The translations under genes and the position numbers were made by a program. DNA of 64,000 nucleotides from Bilabrum cf. latius (taxonomy: Eukaryota): the NCBI GenBank assembly GCA_965178125.1, contig OZ237738.1, forward strand, positions 1,488,001 through 1,552,000, read 5' to 3'. The notes beneath the pieces are model-generated. The model worked only from the letters and a program-made list of their open reading frames with translations. It was not told the origin of the DNA and searched no databases. Within the stretch, counting starts at the first letter, position 1, and the number at the start of each line of letters is the position of its first letter. Below are positions 1 through 12,600 of this stretch, one piece after another.

Positions 1-2
1 CC

Positions 3-1394
3 GTGGAGAAGGGGCAGATGTCGGCCGAGCAGGCCGAGCGGGAGCTGTGGAAGCAGCTATTCTGGAGACCCCTCGACACGCTGGACGTGCTTCGGCTAGA
101 GAGGAGGTGGGTGCTGATGGTGCGCGCTGCCAGAGACAGGATCTCGAGGGCGGTGCTGGGGCCTCCAGAGCTCGTGCACTGCCCCGCGCTGCGAGCCGCC
201 GCCCGGCAGCTGAGGGAAGACATGCAGCTGGCCAACAAGGCCGGACACGTGTTCGCGTGGAGCCTGCAGGAGGCCATGGAGGACTGCGCCGACCTCGCGC
301 AGGCGGCCTCTCCGATTTCCGCGCTCGAGGGTAACCGCACGCTACAAAGGACCGTGATGGACCTCTCCCGCCGGATGCGTCAGCGGCGGCTGGATTTCGC
401 CCTGGTGGACCCGAGGAAGCGACGCATCCTGATGAAGCTGCTGGCCCTGCGGTGCTGGCTGGGCCGCCGGCGGGTCGCCAAGGTGCCGTTGCGTCAGCTG
501 CGGGCGCTCACGATGGCCCTGCGGAGGGGGGACGCGGACGCGGCGGCTGCCACGGACCAGAGCATCCTGGACGGGCTGGAGGGGGTGCACGAGGTGGAGG
601 ACATCGACGACGACGATGAGGATGAGGATATAGATGAAGGGGCTGCTGGTGGTGGTGCGGGCGCTCGCGAAGACGCCGAGATGGGGGTGGGGCTGCCACG
701 TGCGGGGTCGCAGGCAGGGGCGGGCATGCTTCCTTCGCAGGGATCCGTGCTGCTGATGCCTGGCAACACGGACGAGAGGCAGGGGGCCGGTCTGTTCGGG
801 CTGCACCCCGGGGCCACTTCGCTGGCCGCTGTGCGGGCTGACAGCCTGGAGGGGCTGGGGCCCTCCACGCTGCAGTCGCTGACGGGCGCTGTGCTCGCGA
901 TGCTGCGGCGAGGGGCCGAGTCGGAGCGGGCCCGGGAGGAGGCCAAGAGGGCGGAGAGGGGCGCTGCGGCGCTGCTGTCGGGAGACCGGGTGCAGTCGGA
1001 CTCGGAGGACTCGGAGGGTGCCGGGGTGGACGAGGGCAAGGGCAAGGGGGCGAGCGGGGGGATGGAGGTGGAGGACGACGGGGGAATGGGGCTCAGGCGC
1101 AGGGGCAGGGAACAGAGGCAGGGGGGAGGGGGTCTGGGGGAGGCCGCGCGGCTTCGGTATGCCTCGCTGGTGCGGGGGGGGCGGCTGACCCGGAGGGAAC
1201 AACGGGAGCTGCAGGCCGCCCGGCTGCTCGTGCGTCCCCTCCGGGAGCGGTGGGACAAGCTGGTGTCCGGCTGGGAGGAGGCGTACAGGGTGGGGCACAG
1301 CGGGCTGGACCCCTCGGCGGGTGAGCAGGCCTCCATCGTGGGCTGGTACGAGGCCAGGAAGAGGCTCGAGGCAGCCACGCCAAGGCTGTGGTGA
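3..1394 (+). CDS. Hypothetical protein, 3' part (5' end outside window)
   Basis: Frame open from window edge to TGA 1392-1394. GC3-rich codons, acidic/Gly-rich linkers, no recognisable domain. Confidence 0.7.
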   Translation: MEKGQMSAEQAERELWKQLFWRPLDTLDVLRLERRWVLMVRAARDRISRAVLGPPELVHCPALRAAARQLREDMQLANKAGHVFAWSLQEAMEDCADLAQAASPISALEGNRTLQRTVMDLSRRMRQRRLDFALVDPRKRRILMKLLALRCWLGRRRVAKVPLRQLRALTMALRRGDADAAAATDQSILDGLEGVHEVEDIDDDDEDEDIDEGAAGGGAGAREDAEMGVGLPRAGSQAGAGMLPSQGSVLLMPGNTDERQGAGLFGLHPGATSLAAVRADSLEGLGPSTLQSLTGAVLAMLRRGAESERAREEAKRAERGAAALLSGDRVQSDSEDSEGAGVDEGKGKGASGGMEVEDDGGMGLRRRGREQRQGGGGLGEAARLRYASLVRGGRLTRREQRELQAARLLVRPLRERWDKLVSGWEEAYRVGHSGLDPSAGEQASIVGWYEARKRLEAATPRLW

Positions 1395-1619
1395 TGGAGG
1401 CTTTCGGCCCGCGGATGTATTGCGCGAGCTTTCCCGGTTGAATACAGTTCGAGATTTTGGACACGCGTACGGCTGTACTTGGTTCCGGGGGGTGGCCAAT
1501 CCGAAGCAAGCGGCGCCGCTTTTGGTTCCGTTAACCAGTTCCTGTGCACCGCTGGGTCAACAGCGTGTAGCTGCTGCTTGATCGTATTGCAGATCTGCAG
1601 TAGCCAATAAGTTGAATTC

Positions 1620-3587
1620 ATGTCATCTTCCGAAGGCTTTGAGCTTACTTTGAGCGCGGGATCTTTGAGCGCTGCGCAGGCTCGCAAGTATGAACGATCC
1701 GCGCTCGATGGGACCACTCTACCAAAAGGGGTTCCTCTCCCTGCATCCGATCCTAGAGTGGATCCTCTGTCCAGGCTATTTGTTAAGAATGACAAATCTC
1801 CCTTGGAATTGTTTTAGAAGAGGCTGGTGCGTTTGCTGGTGCCAAGCGCGAGGATCCAGCGCCACCTGCTGAACTTGAAGGAGGCTGTTCCTATGCCAGA
1901 GGACGGTACCGATGAGCAGGATGACGCGAAGGGCTTGGTCAGTAGGATGCAAGGGTCAGCTCTGCGCCAGCCCCCCGGGCAACCCGTGGTGATTATTATG
2001 CTTGAGACTCTACTCTCCCGTGGACCAGACGGGCCTCTGCTTCCATTCGATAGGCTGCCAGATGTCGTGTCAGCGGTAGACCGGACGGTATCGCAAGTAT
2101 GTCCACCTCCGAAGGGCGGTAATAGCCATGAACAGCCAGGCAATCCAGTGCATGCCCTGACGGGCGCGGCAGCCTCCGTCGCCAACTTGTAGCCAGCCCT
2201 CATGCCGCTGTGGTCACCCATGCCGGCGCGCGAGATGCCCGTCGACCCGACCGGCTGGGTCACCACCCAAAGCGGCATGATGCGGTGCCACGGCTCCTGC
2301 GCCTCCATACTGGACCACTTCGGGCGGCACACGCACTGCACGCTGCAGGGCCACGGCGCCGGGAGGGTGGTCATGAACGTTCCTCCGGGGTGGGACCCCC
2401 GCGCGCAGACTCCACACCAGGCCATCCTGCTGCCCTCGGATAAGCCGCAGTCCGACGTCCAGGTCGTGGTCGAGCTGCTCCAGCGCCTGCCCCCGGGCGA
2501 GAACTCCCCAGTCCCGGGCGCGCCCCCCGGGCACCACATCCTGTACCAGGGAATTGGCACGGTTCGGAGCCGACGCACGGGCCCGCAGGCACCCAGGGAC
2601 GGCGCCCCGCCCCTTCGCATCCGCCTTCACAAGCAGTCGTTTGCAGGAGGGGCCGCGGCTCCGTCCTCCTCGTCCTCGTCCCGCCCCGAGAGCGTTGACC
2701 TGGTGGTGCTGCACCTTGGGCAGCCCAGGCCAGGGGGGCTGCCGCGGGGAGCGCCGGCATCGCAGGCCATAAACCCGCATGCTCAGTGGTCGCTGGGCGC
2801 GTGGGGCTTCCGCACCACCGTGCTGCGGGCAGCCCCCTCAAACGCTGCAGAGGCCGCCCGCGCAGCCGCCGCCTCCGGAGCCACGGGTGGCGTGCTGGGG
2901 GCCGTGGCAGGGCTCGGGTGGAAACCTGCGCCCGTGCGGAGGGCGGTGGGACACGTCTGTGAGTGGCTGTGGGCCGCGGCGGAGGCGTGTGCGGCGGCGG
3001 GGCAGGCCAGGCGGGCGCAGTCGGCTGTTGCCGCGGCAGGCCGGCTGGTCCTGGTGGTGGGGTCCGGCGCGCTGGTGCTGGGCCAGGCAAGGGCGCTGCG
3101 ACTGGTGGCCGAGGCACTGGGCCCGGCGGCGAGCGCGAGCGCTGACGTGGTCCCGGGTCACGAGGTGCGCGGCATCTGCCACGCGCTGCTGGAGTCCTCC
3201 GGGCTGCGGGCCGGGGGCGCGTGCCCCGCCGCCGACGTGAGCACGCTGGCGCGGGCGGCTGACTCCATCGTGGCCACAGCTGCCGCCGCTGCCAGCGCCG
3301 TCACGCAACCGGGCGGCGGCGCGGGGCTCCGGCCGGGTCAGACCGAGGTGGCATTCGCCCTGGAGGTGGGGCAGCCCACTGCGGTGGAGGTGTGCGACCT
3401 CCTGCAGAGGGCGGGGCGCGCCGGAGACACGGGGGCCGTGGATCGGGCGCTGCAGCTGGTGGGGGCACTCGCGGCGGGTTTGCGGGCCAGCGGTGTGGAC
3501 CCCGAGGTGCTCTTCGACTCGCAGGGGGGGCAGGGTGTGGGGGCTGCGGGCGCGCGGGGGGCGGCAGCCGCAGCTGGGGACGACTCT

Positions 3588-3618
<31 letters not shown>

Positions 3619-6600
3619 CGGGTAGTGCGGAGGTGGGGGGGCTCCAGGACACGGGCCCCCTGCAGCAGATCGCCAAGTTCCTGGTCAGGTGCGCCGCCCG
3701 CTCCACGGGGCTGGCCTCTGTGGACATGGCAAGGGCGGCAGTGGCGGCCTCATCCGCGGGTGCTTCGGGCAGTGGTAACCCCACCGCCAGTCCCACAGCA
3801 GCCCTGCAGCCGCCCGCGGACGATGACCCGGTGGACGTGCCAGTACCCCCGTCCCTGTCCATTGACAGCCTACGGGCAGCCACAGAGGTGCTGCTCCGAG
3901 GGGCGGATGTCTGGAGCAGGGCAGACCCGGCCGGTTTGGCCACTCTGGGGTTCAGCGCCCTTGGCTCGTGCGGCGGGTCATCCGCTGGTCCGTCCTCCAC
4001 CCCCTCTCCCGGTGGGCCGGTCGATCTCCCCCGCGTGGCGCTCGTGCTGCGGGACGTGCTACTGCCCTTGGTGCGTGGAGGGGCCCAGAGGCGCATCGGC
4101 GGCTTCCTGCCCCTGCCCCTGCCCACCAGCACCGCCGCCGAGTACGCCGCCACCGGCGAGGTGCAGCGTCAGCGGGAGCAGGTGCGGCTCTTGCTGACGG
4201 CGGTGGAGGCCCTGTTCGAGGACAAGACGGGGCTGGGGCCCGCGCGAGACGAAGGGGAGAGCGCGGCTGTCCATGGCTTCCAGCAAGAGGACGGAGAGGA
4301 CGGGACGCACGGTGTGGACCTGCACCCGGACCCTGCCTCCGTGGACACCCTCGCGATCCAAGGGGGAGGAGAGGCAAACCAGGCCCCGGTCGAGGCCGTG
4401 CGACTGCTGCAGACGTACGCCAGGAGGCTGGCAGCAGAGGCGGTCCGGCGTGGTAGAGAGGCCGGCACGATGCTGGGCGCAGATCCAGGGCAGAGCCACG
4501 CGTCGGTGGTCGCACTGGTGGAGCTGCTGCGAGCGGCGGTGCCCCGGCTGGAGCGGTCGGCCCATCGCACGGGGGCGGGGAGCAGCACCTGCGCGGTGCT
4601 GGGGCCCTGCGTGGCCGATGCCCTAGGCGCTGCGTGTTCCCTGTTCAGGTCTCCCCTGCTGGCGGAGGGCGCGCTGCCCGCGGCCCTCGCTGCACTCAGG
4701 GTGTCCAGAGACGCGATGGCGGGGCTAGCGGCTGCCGGGCCGGCGGGGGCGGGGCACACGTTGGGGGCCGTGTGGCGGGCGGTGCGCCGTGCGGCTGCCT
4801 GGCTGGTCCCCCGTCTGGCCATGACCCTTATCAGCGGCCCGCTGGTGGGGTCGCAGGAGCTCAGGGCGGCGCTGTGGCTGCGGGCCCCCGTGCTGGCGAA
4901 GGGTCGGCGGGAGGCGCAGTCGGGCAGTGCCGCGGCCCTCGGCTCGGTGGGGCTAGAGGAGGACGAGGAGGAGAAGGAGGCAGCGAGGGCGAAGAGGCTG
5001 GCCAAAGAGTCCTTCGTTGCGGGGGGCGTGCTGGGCGTGGGGGCGGCGGGCGCCTGGGCGCAGGACTGGGCGGCCACTGGGCTGCTGCCAACGGCGGCGG
5101 GTGGCAAGGGTGCGGGGGTCGGTGGGGGTGCATCGAGCGCCTCTGGGTCGAGTTCAGCGGGTGGGGGGGTTGCACCCTCCCGGGAGGATGGAGAAGGGGA
5201 GGGCAAGCGACTGCTGTCCCGCGCCGAGATCAAACAGGCGGTGGCCGATAGCGTGGACTACCTGCGGCAGGTCAAGGTGCTGACGAGGATCGAGAAGAGG
5301 TCCAGGTACACCAAGAAGGGCACCGACAGGGCGATCCTGGCCGCACTCGTCACACACGCGGGGCCCTGGGTGCACCAGGAGGTCGCGGCCGCTGCCAAGC
5401 ACCTGACCACGGGAGGGAACAAGTCGAGCCTGACTCCGAGTCCCTCGCTGCAGCAGGTGGCCGAGGTGCTGGATATCGTGCGGGCCCGCATTGGCACCAA
5501 GTCGGACGAGGAGCAGAAGGCCGCCGCCGCCGCTGTGCGGAAGCAGTGCTCCTTCATCGCTCAGATGCACCCCGCGCTTGACAGCTCAGGGGTGGACGGG
5601 CTGCGGGGAGACGTGGGCCGTCAGATCCAGCAGCTGAGCGTGTCGGCCACCGCCCAGGTGCATGTGCGCGAGACCGGGCTGGGGCTGCTGCCCAGTCGAA
5701 TGGAGACCAGTGACGAGGACGACGACGAGGACGAGGGTGGGGACGAGGCCGGGGAACAGGGCGCGGGGCTGGTGGACTGGGAGGCCATGGTGGACCGGGC
5801 GATGCGGGCCCAGCGGGACCCCTGGTCCCAGTTTCTTCAGGGAACAACGAGGGCCCCCGAGGGGGGTGAGAGCCCGGGTCCTGTCGTAGAGGATCTCAAG
5901 AGCAGGGTGACTGGGATGGTACTCAAATCGCTGCGGTACTACCTGGAGGCGGACTCCAAGCCCGGCCCTGCTGCCCTGCGCGCCCTCATGCGCCTCCGAG
6001 GAGTGCGAGCCTCCCAGCGGGCCAGCGGCCTGCGGGCCATGGCTGCATTCTTGCGGGAGGCATTCAGGGAGCCACAAGACACGAGGGCAGGCGGCGAGTC
6101 GGGCAGCGACGGGGGCTCCTCCCCTGACGCGCTGCATCGGGCGCAGAGCCACGCGAGGAGGTCCCTGTCCCGCCTGTCTCACACAGGGGGCCGCAGGTGG
6201 GCGGATGCGCGGCAGATGCTCCGGGGGGGCCTGGGGCCGTTCGTGGCCGGGGCCTTCCGTTTGCTGGTGCCTGCCATGCGGGGCCAGTTTGCCTACCGGT
6301 GGATCCCAGAGGACGTGCGGGAGGCGGTGGATGAGGCAGGGGGAGGCGGTGGTGGTGTGCAGGAGGATGGATCGGGCGGGCTTATGGATGGTGGTGGAAT
6401 CGAGGGAGACGGCGGGCAGTTCGACGTGCAGGACGCTCTTCTCGCAGGAGGCGGCGTGGCGGACACGAGCGCGGCGGGTGCTCTCCAGGCCGATGGCGGC
6501 GCCTTCGGGGCTGCCTCGGGGGCCGGGTCCGATGCGATGCCCATGGCAGCCGGGGTTGGATCTGGGCGAGCCTCCTCCAGTCTGCGGGACAGGAGCCCGT

Positions 6601-9600
6601 CCATGATGGTGCTGCAGGCCGCCTCGGCTGCGGCCAATGGCGCGACTGGGGCATTAGGCATGATGCGCGCGACCATGGCCGCCCGAGGGGCCTCTGCTGG
6701 AGTGCTGGTGGGCCCTCAGCGGCCTGGGTCTGCCGCAGCCGCCGCGGCATTGCCTGCGTCCCTCGCTGCCGCGGGCTACGACACCGCCTCTGTGGACGCC
6801 CTGGAACCGGCCGCCACACTCCAGGACGCAACTGCCACTGCCCTGCAGCCCACTTGGAGCCCGGCGCACCCCTCGGCGCTGCTTGAGGGATGCGCCTCGG
6901 ACCTGAGGGAGGCAGTGCAGGCGGCCTTCGAGGCGCTCTACTGGGACGCCTCCACGGTCCTGCGGCAGTGCGCCGCTGCGCTAGAGGAGGCCGCCAGCTC
7001 GGCCGTCTCTGTGCCTGTCTCGCGGCCGGGCGTGTCTTCCATCGCGGGGGGCGGCCGCGGGGGAGCCGGCGGTTCGCTGTCCCTGACTGTGTCGGACGTG
7101 GCGGTGCTGCGGCCCGTGTGCTCGAGCGTGATGCGTGCGTGGAGCATCGACCTCAGGCCCACGGACGGGCAGTTGGTGGTGCGGTCTGGCCTTCTCCCTG
7201 CCCTCAGGCGGCTGGCCTCCCTGGAGGGGGCCGCGCTGCGGGCCGCGGGCACCTCTTCCCAATGGGACAGCCTGCAGGAATCTATCAAGGAGGGAGGACC
7301 CTCTGGAGATGCCAGCCTGCTGTCACCCGCGGACCGCCTCGTGTGGGCGAGCGCCGCTCTGCTGCAAGGGGGGCTGCCCAAGAGGAGGGCACTGGGGCTC
7401 GTGCTCAGGAGCATTTCCCGCGTGATGCCCGGTCCTCAGGCGGCGGCCTTTCTGGAGCAGCAGGGGCTGCGGGGGAGCCTCCGCGAGGTGCAGCGCACGG
7501 TCACCACGAGCCACTTGCTGCAGATCATGGAGGGGCTGTGCACCGCCCGCGCCCCGCCTCCGTCCCTGGAGGGGCTCTTCGACGAGCGCACGCCGCTCAT
7601 CGGGGTCAAGGCTCCCTTGCGCAGCGTGCCGGCGGGGCCCTCCAGCGGGGCAGGCGCGGGCAGCGGAAGCGGGCCTTCCATGTAGCCCGCGCCCCCCATC
7701 CGGCGCGCGGCCTCCTTTGACCCCCTAGAGGCAGACGATGGAGGGCTCCCCGATGGCCCGCTCCTGTCGCGGTCCATGCAGGGCCTGCTGCGTGGCCCTG
7801 AGGAGCTTCCCGTGCTGCAGAGCCTAGAGGACAGCGTCTGCATGCGGGGCAGGTACAGGGCCGTGGGCGCTGATGACGAGGCAGCCGCGGACAAGTCGCT
7901 CTCCGATAGAGCCGACCATCTCCTGCGGTACCTGGTGCTGTGCGCGCTCGCACGGGACACGAATGAGGAGAAGGTGGCCAGCGTGACGGAGTTCAGGGAG
8001 TCCGTGGGGCGCAGCGCGGGCGCCAGCGGGCAGGAGGTGATGACGGTGGGGTCCTTCGAGGGTCTCCAGTCTCTCCTGCAGCTGCGGGCGGCGGCGGTGG
8101 AAATAGTGGTGGCGGAGCTCTCGCAACTGGTGGCGCTGCTCATGCAGCCGGCCGAGGAGGGCATCCGCGGGGCGGGGATGGTGTCACGGTCACTGGCGAG
8201 GGGGCGCAGCGGGCGGGTGTCCTCCTCGGGCCGCACCCCTAACCCCGGGCGAAGCGCCAGCAGCGACAGCCACGGTGCCTCAGGGATGCGGAGCCCGTCC
8301 TCGGCCTCGGTCTCTGCCCCCGGGACGGGCGTACCCGAAGAAGGGTGGTCTCTGCTGGAGCCCCTGGAGCTGGAGGCGAGGTGCGACGGGCTGCTCAAGA
8401 CGATCGTGGTCTGCGGCCGCACGCAGTCCGGTGCGCAGCTGCTGGCGGTGCCCCGTATGGTACGCTGCCTCGTGCGACTGCTGCTGCCCCCCGGCCGTGG
8501 GTCCCTGTGGCAGACGGACCAAGGGGTTAAGGACTTCTCCACGAGATGCAAGCGTCTGGCACTCCAGGCGCTCTCCGCCATCGGAGGGCAGCTGTCGCCC
8601 GCAGATACCTCCCGTGCCATCCACCAGGCCATGCGGTCTGCCGGTGGCGGGTTGGAGGATCTCCTGGGCGGGGAATCGAAGGAGGCAAGCGGTGACGAGG
8701 AGAAGGATGATGAGGATGGGGACGGGGCGGAGGGCGAGGGCGCGAGGAAGCGCGATGAGGGGGCGGGGGCGGGGGCTGGTGCAGGGGGCACGGATCGGTG
8801 GGTACCGCTGCCTGGGACGCACCCCTTCGTGCACTTCCTGCTGCAGTCAGCGGGCGAGACAATCTGCGGGCGCGTCGTAGAGGGTTAGGCCGAGGGAGAG
8901 GGCATGGATGCTGCTGATAGCACCATGCCGGATGGGCTGCCTGCCCTGGCCCTGTTCGGGCCGGGCAAGGCCAGGCAGGCCCTCGCCTCCGAGGCGCTGA
9001 CGTGCCTGTGCGAGCTGTCGGCCGCTTCCACCGCCTGGCGATCGGAGGTGTGGAAGGCAATCGGGGCAGTGATCCGGAGGGTGCTGCCGGCCTTGCAGCG
9101 GCTGGTGCCCCTGACAGAGGCCTCCAGTGGGTCTGGCGAGAGCAAGGCGTCGGAGGGCGGGGAGGAGCGAGGGGCGGAACTGACGTACGCTGACGTGGTG
9201 GATGCGCTGGAGGAGGCGGAGGTGTCCCCTGCCGAGGTGCATCGTGCCGTGGCGGCCATCAGCCTGGTGGGCGGACCGTCCGAGTGCATCCGAGTGGGAG
9301 GCCGCGTGCGGGTGCTGCCTGCGCCCCGGCAGGCCACGGGGCACAATGACGAGGACGATTCGAGTCAGGGGGGCTGGGGCGTGGTGCTGTCGCTGGGCCG
9401 ATCACTCTTCGGGGAGCTGCTGGCATCGAGGAATGCTGAGCTCATGCAGAGCAACTTCGCGGGGAGGCAGCTGCCGCCCGTGGGTGGGGTGCTGCGGTCC
9501 TGGCGCAACCAGCAGCTGCACAAGGCAGACCCCGCGCTGCTTGGTCCCGGTGTGGGGCAGGCCATGGTGGTGCTGACCTCGGAGTCGGGCGAGGACGTGG

Positions 9601-12600
9601 ATGCCGCTGCAGCCACTGGGGGACGAGAGCGAGCCGGACACGCGGGTGCTGGCTTGCTGGACCACCTGAGCATCGGGTATCCGCAGCCGAGCCAGCTGCC
9701 AGTGGTGGTAGTGGGCGTGCAGCGGCTGGTACCTGTCGCGGCCGCCACCCGCCCGGGCAGCATGCCTGTCCCAGCGGCCGGAGACGAGTCCGGGGGCGAG
9801 TCTGGCGCCTTGGGTCGACCCCCATCCCTGGCCCGCATGTCCTCCGTGCCCACGGATGGAAGCACGGCAGGGCCTGCAGGGCTTGCGACGCTGCCCCGAG
9901 ACCTGCTTCAGTTCTTCCTGTCCGCGGTGCAGCTGCCTCCGGCCAACTACATCGACGGGGCGGACGGGTTCGGGGCGCAGTGTGCCGTGGAGCACGTGTC
10001 TTGGATGACTTTGCTGCGGCTGCACGCGGCCCGCTCCTTCCCCGCTCTCTCGCAGTACGGCCTGGTGCGCCCTGCCATCAGGGAGCTGCTGGCAGAGGGC
10101 ACGCGGGGGGCGGCGGCCGCGGGAGGTGGGGTCGGCTTTCAGGCCGTTCGTGCCCTGGTCAAAGCGGCGCTGCGGCCCCTGCACAACTCGACTCTGATCA
10201 CCCGCGCGAGCCTCTCCGAGAGGAGGAGAACCCTGCACCGGTGGCTGCTGGAGGCGAGGCAGACCAAGGGGGCCGCCTTCCTCTCTCCGCACACAGACAC
10301 GGCAGAGGCCGAGGACGTGCCCCGCGGAGACGGAGACGCGACCGTGACTCCGGCTCGAGCTAGCGTGCTGGCGGCAGTCGAGTCGCTGACCGGGCAGAAG
10401 CTGACCGGGGCGGCGGCGGCCGGCTCTGGCGGTGCAGGGGCCGCCGGCGGCGCGCTGACGGTGGCGGCACGTGTGGCCGGTTCCACCACCGGGACGGATC
10501 TGATGGCAAGCGGGCTGGTGACCACGCTCACGGAGATGACGGCAATGAACTCTACCATCTGCCGGGCGGCTCTGGAGATGTTCCAGGGTGACTCGAACCA
10601 GGCGGCGCAGTGGCTCCTTGACCCAGACAACAGCCGCTGGACGGGCCAAGGTGCCGCACACTCCCAGCTGGATGACCCCATGGTGGGGTCGTGGCGACAG
10701 GGCCAGGCCGCCATATCGGGAGGCAGCGCCAGGTCCAACAAGGCAGGGGCCGTCCACGACAGCGTGTCTGTTACGGACGAGAACGTCGCCGCCCTTGTGG
10801 CAGAGCTTCTTGCGGACCCATCGGCCGCCATGGGCCCAGCCGATACCAAGGCACTGACGCCGGCCGTCACGAGCGGCGGCAGTACGCGAAAATCGGTGGC
10901 TGGAGCGGCCGAGAGTGGCGCGGCGCTGGCGTCAGCCGCAGCCTCCGCTGGGTCGGGCACCTCTCACCGTCGCGGGGCGGGCCGGCAGCAGAGCGTGATG
11001 GCTCTCAGGATGCAGGAGGCCAGGACAGGAGGAGCCGGAGAAGCCGAAGGCGGTGCGTAGGGCGGCAACAGCAGCGGGGACGATGACTCAGATGCCTCAG
11101 CGGCTCTCAGCGGGGCGTACGCTCAGCTGCTGTCCGCTGCTGGCGTCCGCTTCACCTTTACGGGAGTGCTGCCGCCCAGGATGCTTGCGAGCGCGGCGGC
11201 AGCAGCGGCGGCCATGGGCGAGGCAGCAGTGCAGCAGCGCGCGTTTGTGCCCAACTTTTAGCAGGACAAGGGAGGCGTGCTTCCCGAGGGCATCTGGAGG
11301 GGCGCCGCCGTCAGCGTGAACGGGGGACTGAACGACGTCTCGATGGACGCGGCCTCCATGGGTACTGTGAGCTACGTGGACTAGGAGTACAGGTCCGGGC
11401 TGCTCGAGTCGCTGCGGTGCCGCGTGTCGTTCTGGAGCGAAGGCAGCGGCGCAGAACTGACCATCCCTATCCACCTGCCGGTGAGCGAAGACAAGGCATC
11501 CCCTGAGATCGGGCTCAACGTGACTCTGGGGAGGGCGCCTCTCTTCGGCAGCAAGGGCGCCTAGGAGGCACAGCAGCAGCAGCAGCAGCGAGGCGGCAAG
11601 AAGAACGCGGGGCCCAGCAAGCTGGTGGCGCTCCCGCTCAACCGACCCACGCTGGTGGGAAGCTCGGAGGTGACCGGACTCGCGGGGCTGGCCGCTTCGC
11701 TTGCCGTCACAGATGACGCGCTGGCCACGATGTACAGCCGCGAGGCCGTGCTGGTGCTGCTGCAGACCGCGCAGGCCAACGCCGAGCAGGCGCAGGCACT
11801 GGCCCCTCGGGGCGCGAGCCCGCAGTCGCTGCCTATCGACGTGCAGGACCTCTTGAGGCTCTTCCGCCTAGTCTCTGCCTCGGAGGTGGACTTCAAGGGG
11901 GCGGGCGGGACGCTCAGCAGGAAGGACGCAGCTGCTGCCGAGGCGCAGAAGCTGGCGGGATACCTAGCGCAGCTGGAGTCGCACGGACATGCGGGCGGGG
12001 CACACGCCGGCCTCTAGCAGCAGTCCACGGCCAACGTGCTGGGTGCTATCATGCGGAGAGCTCTGCTGTCAGAGAGCGAGGCGGTGGAGCGGGCAGCCGC
12101 GACCGGTGATGCAGCCGCCGTGCGCTCCATGAGCCAGCTGGGAACCCTGGCCGGCTCCGGGTCAGTGGCTGCGGCGGGGAGCGGCGCGGCGGGGGATACC
12201 ACGGCTCGGTATCCCATGGCGGCTGGGTTCATCAGCGAGGTGGTCCGGAACATCACGGGCGTGCAGACAGGAGCGGGTGGGTCCAAGGCAGTGGAGAGCG
12301 AGGCGCTGGTCCTGCACTCGATGCATCCACTGCCGCCCGGAGTGCCGTACTGGGTGGAGGCCCGGTTTCCCGGCGCCTCGCAGCTGCAGCTGGAATTTGA
12401 CTCGAGGACCAAGACTCCCGCAGTGACCATGCAGCAGGGGGGGGTCGTCACTGTGGCCAAGAAGGCCGGAGCTTCCGATTACACGGTGCGGGTGCTCCGT
12501 GGCCGCAGCCGACACGCTGAAACCATGCCTGCCCTCATTGACGGAGACAGCGTGCGCGTGACGCAGGGCATCTACTTTGGGGAGGTCAAGCCAGACCTGT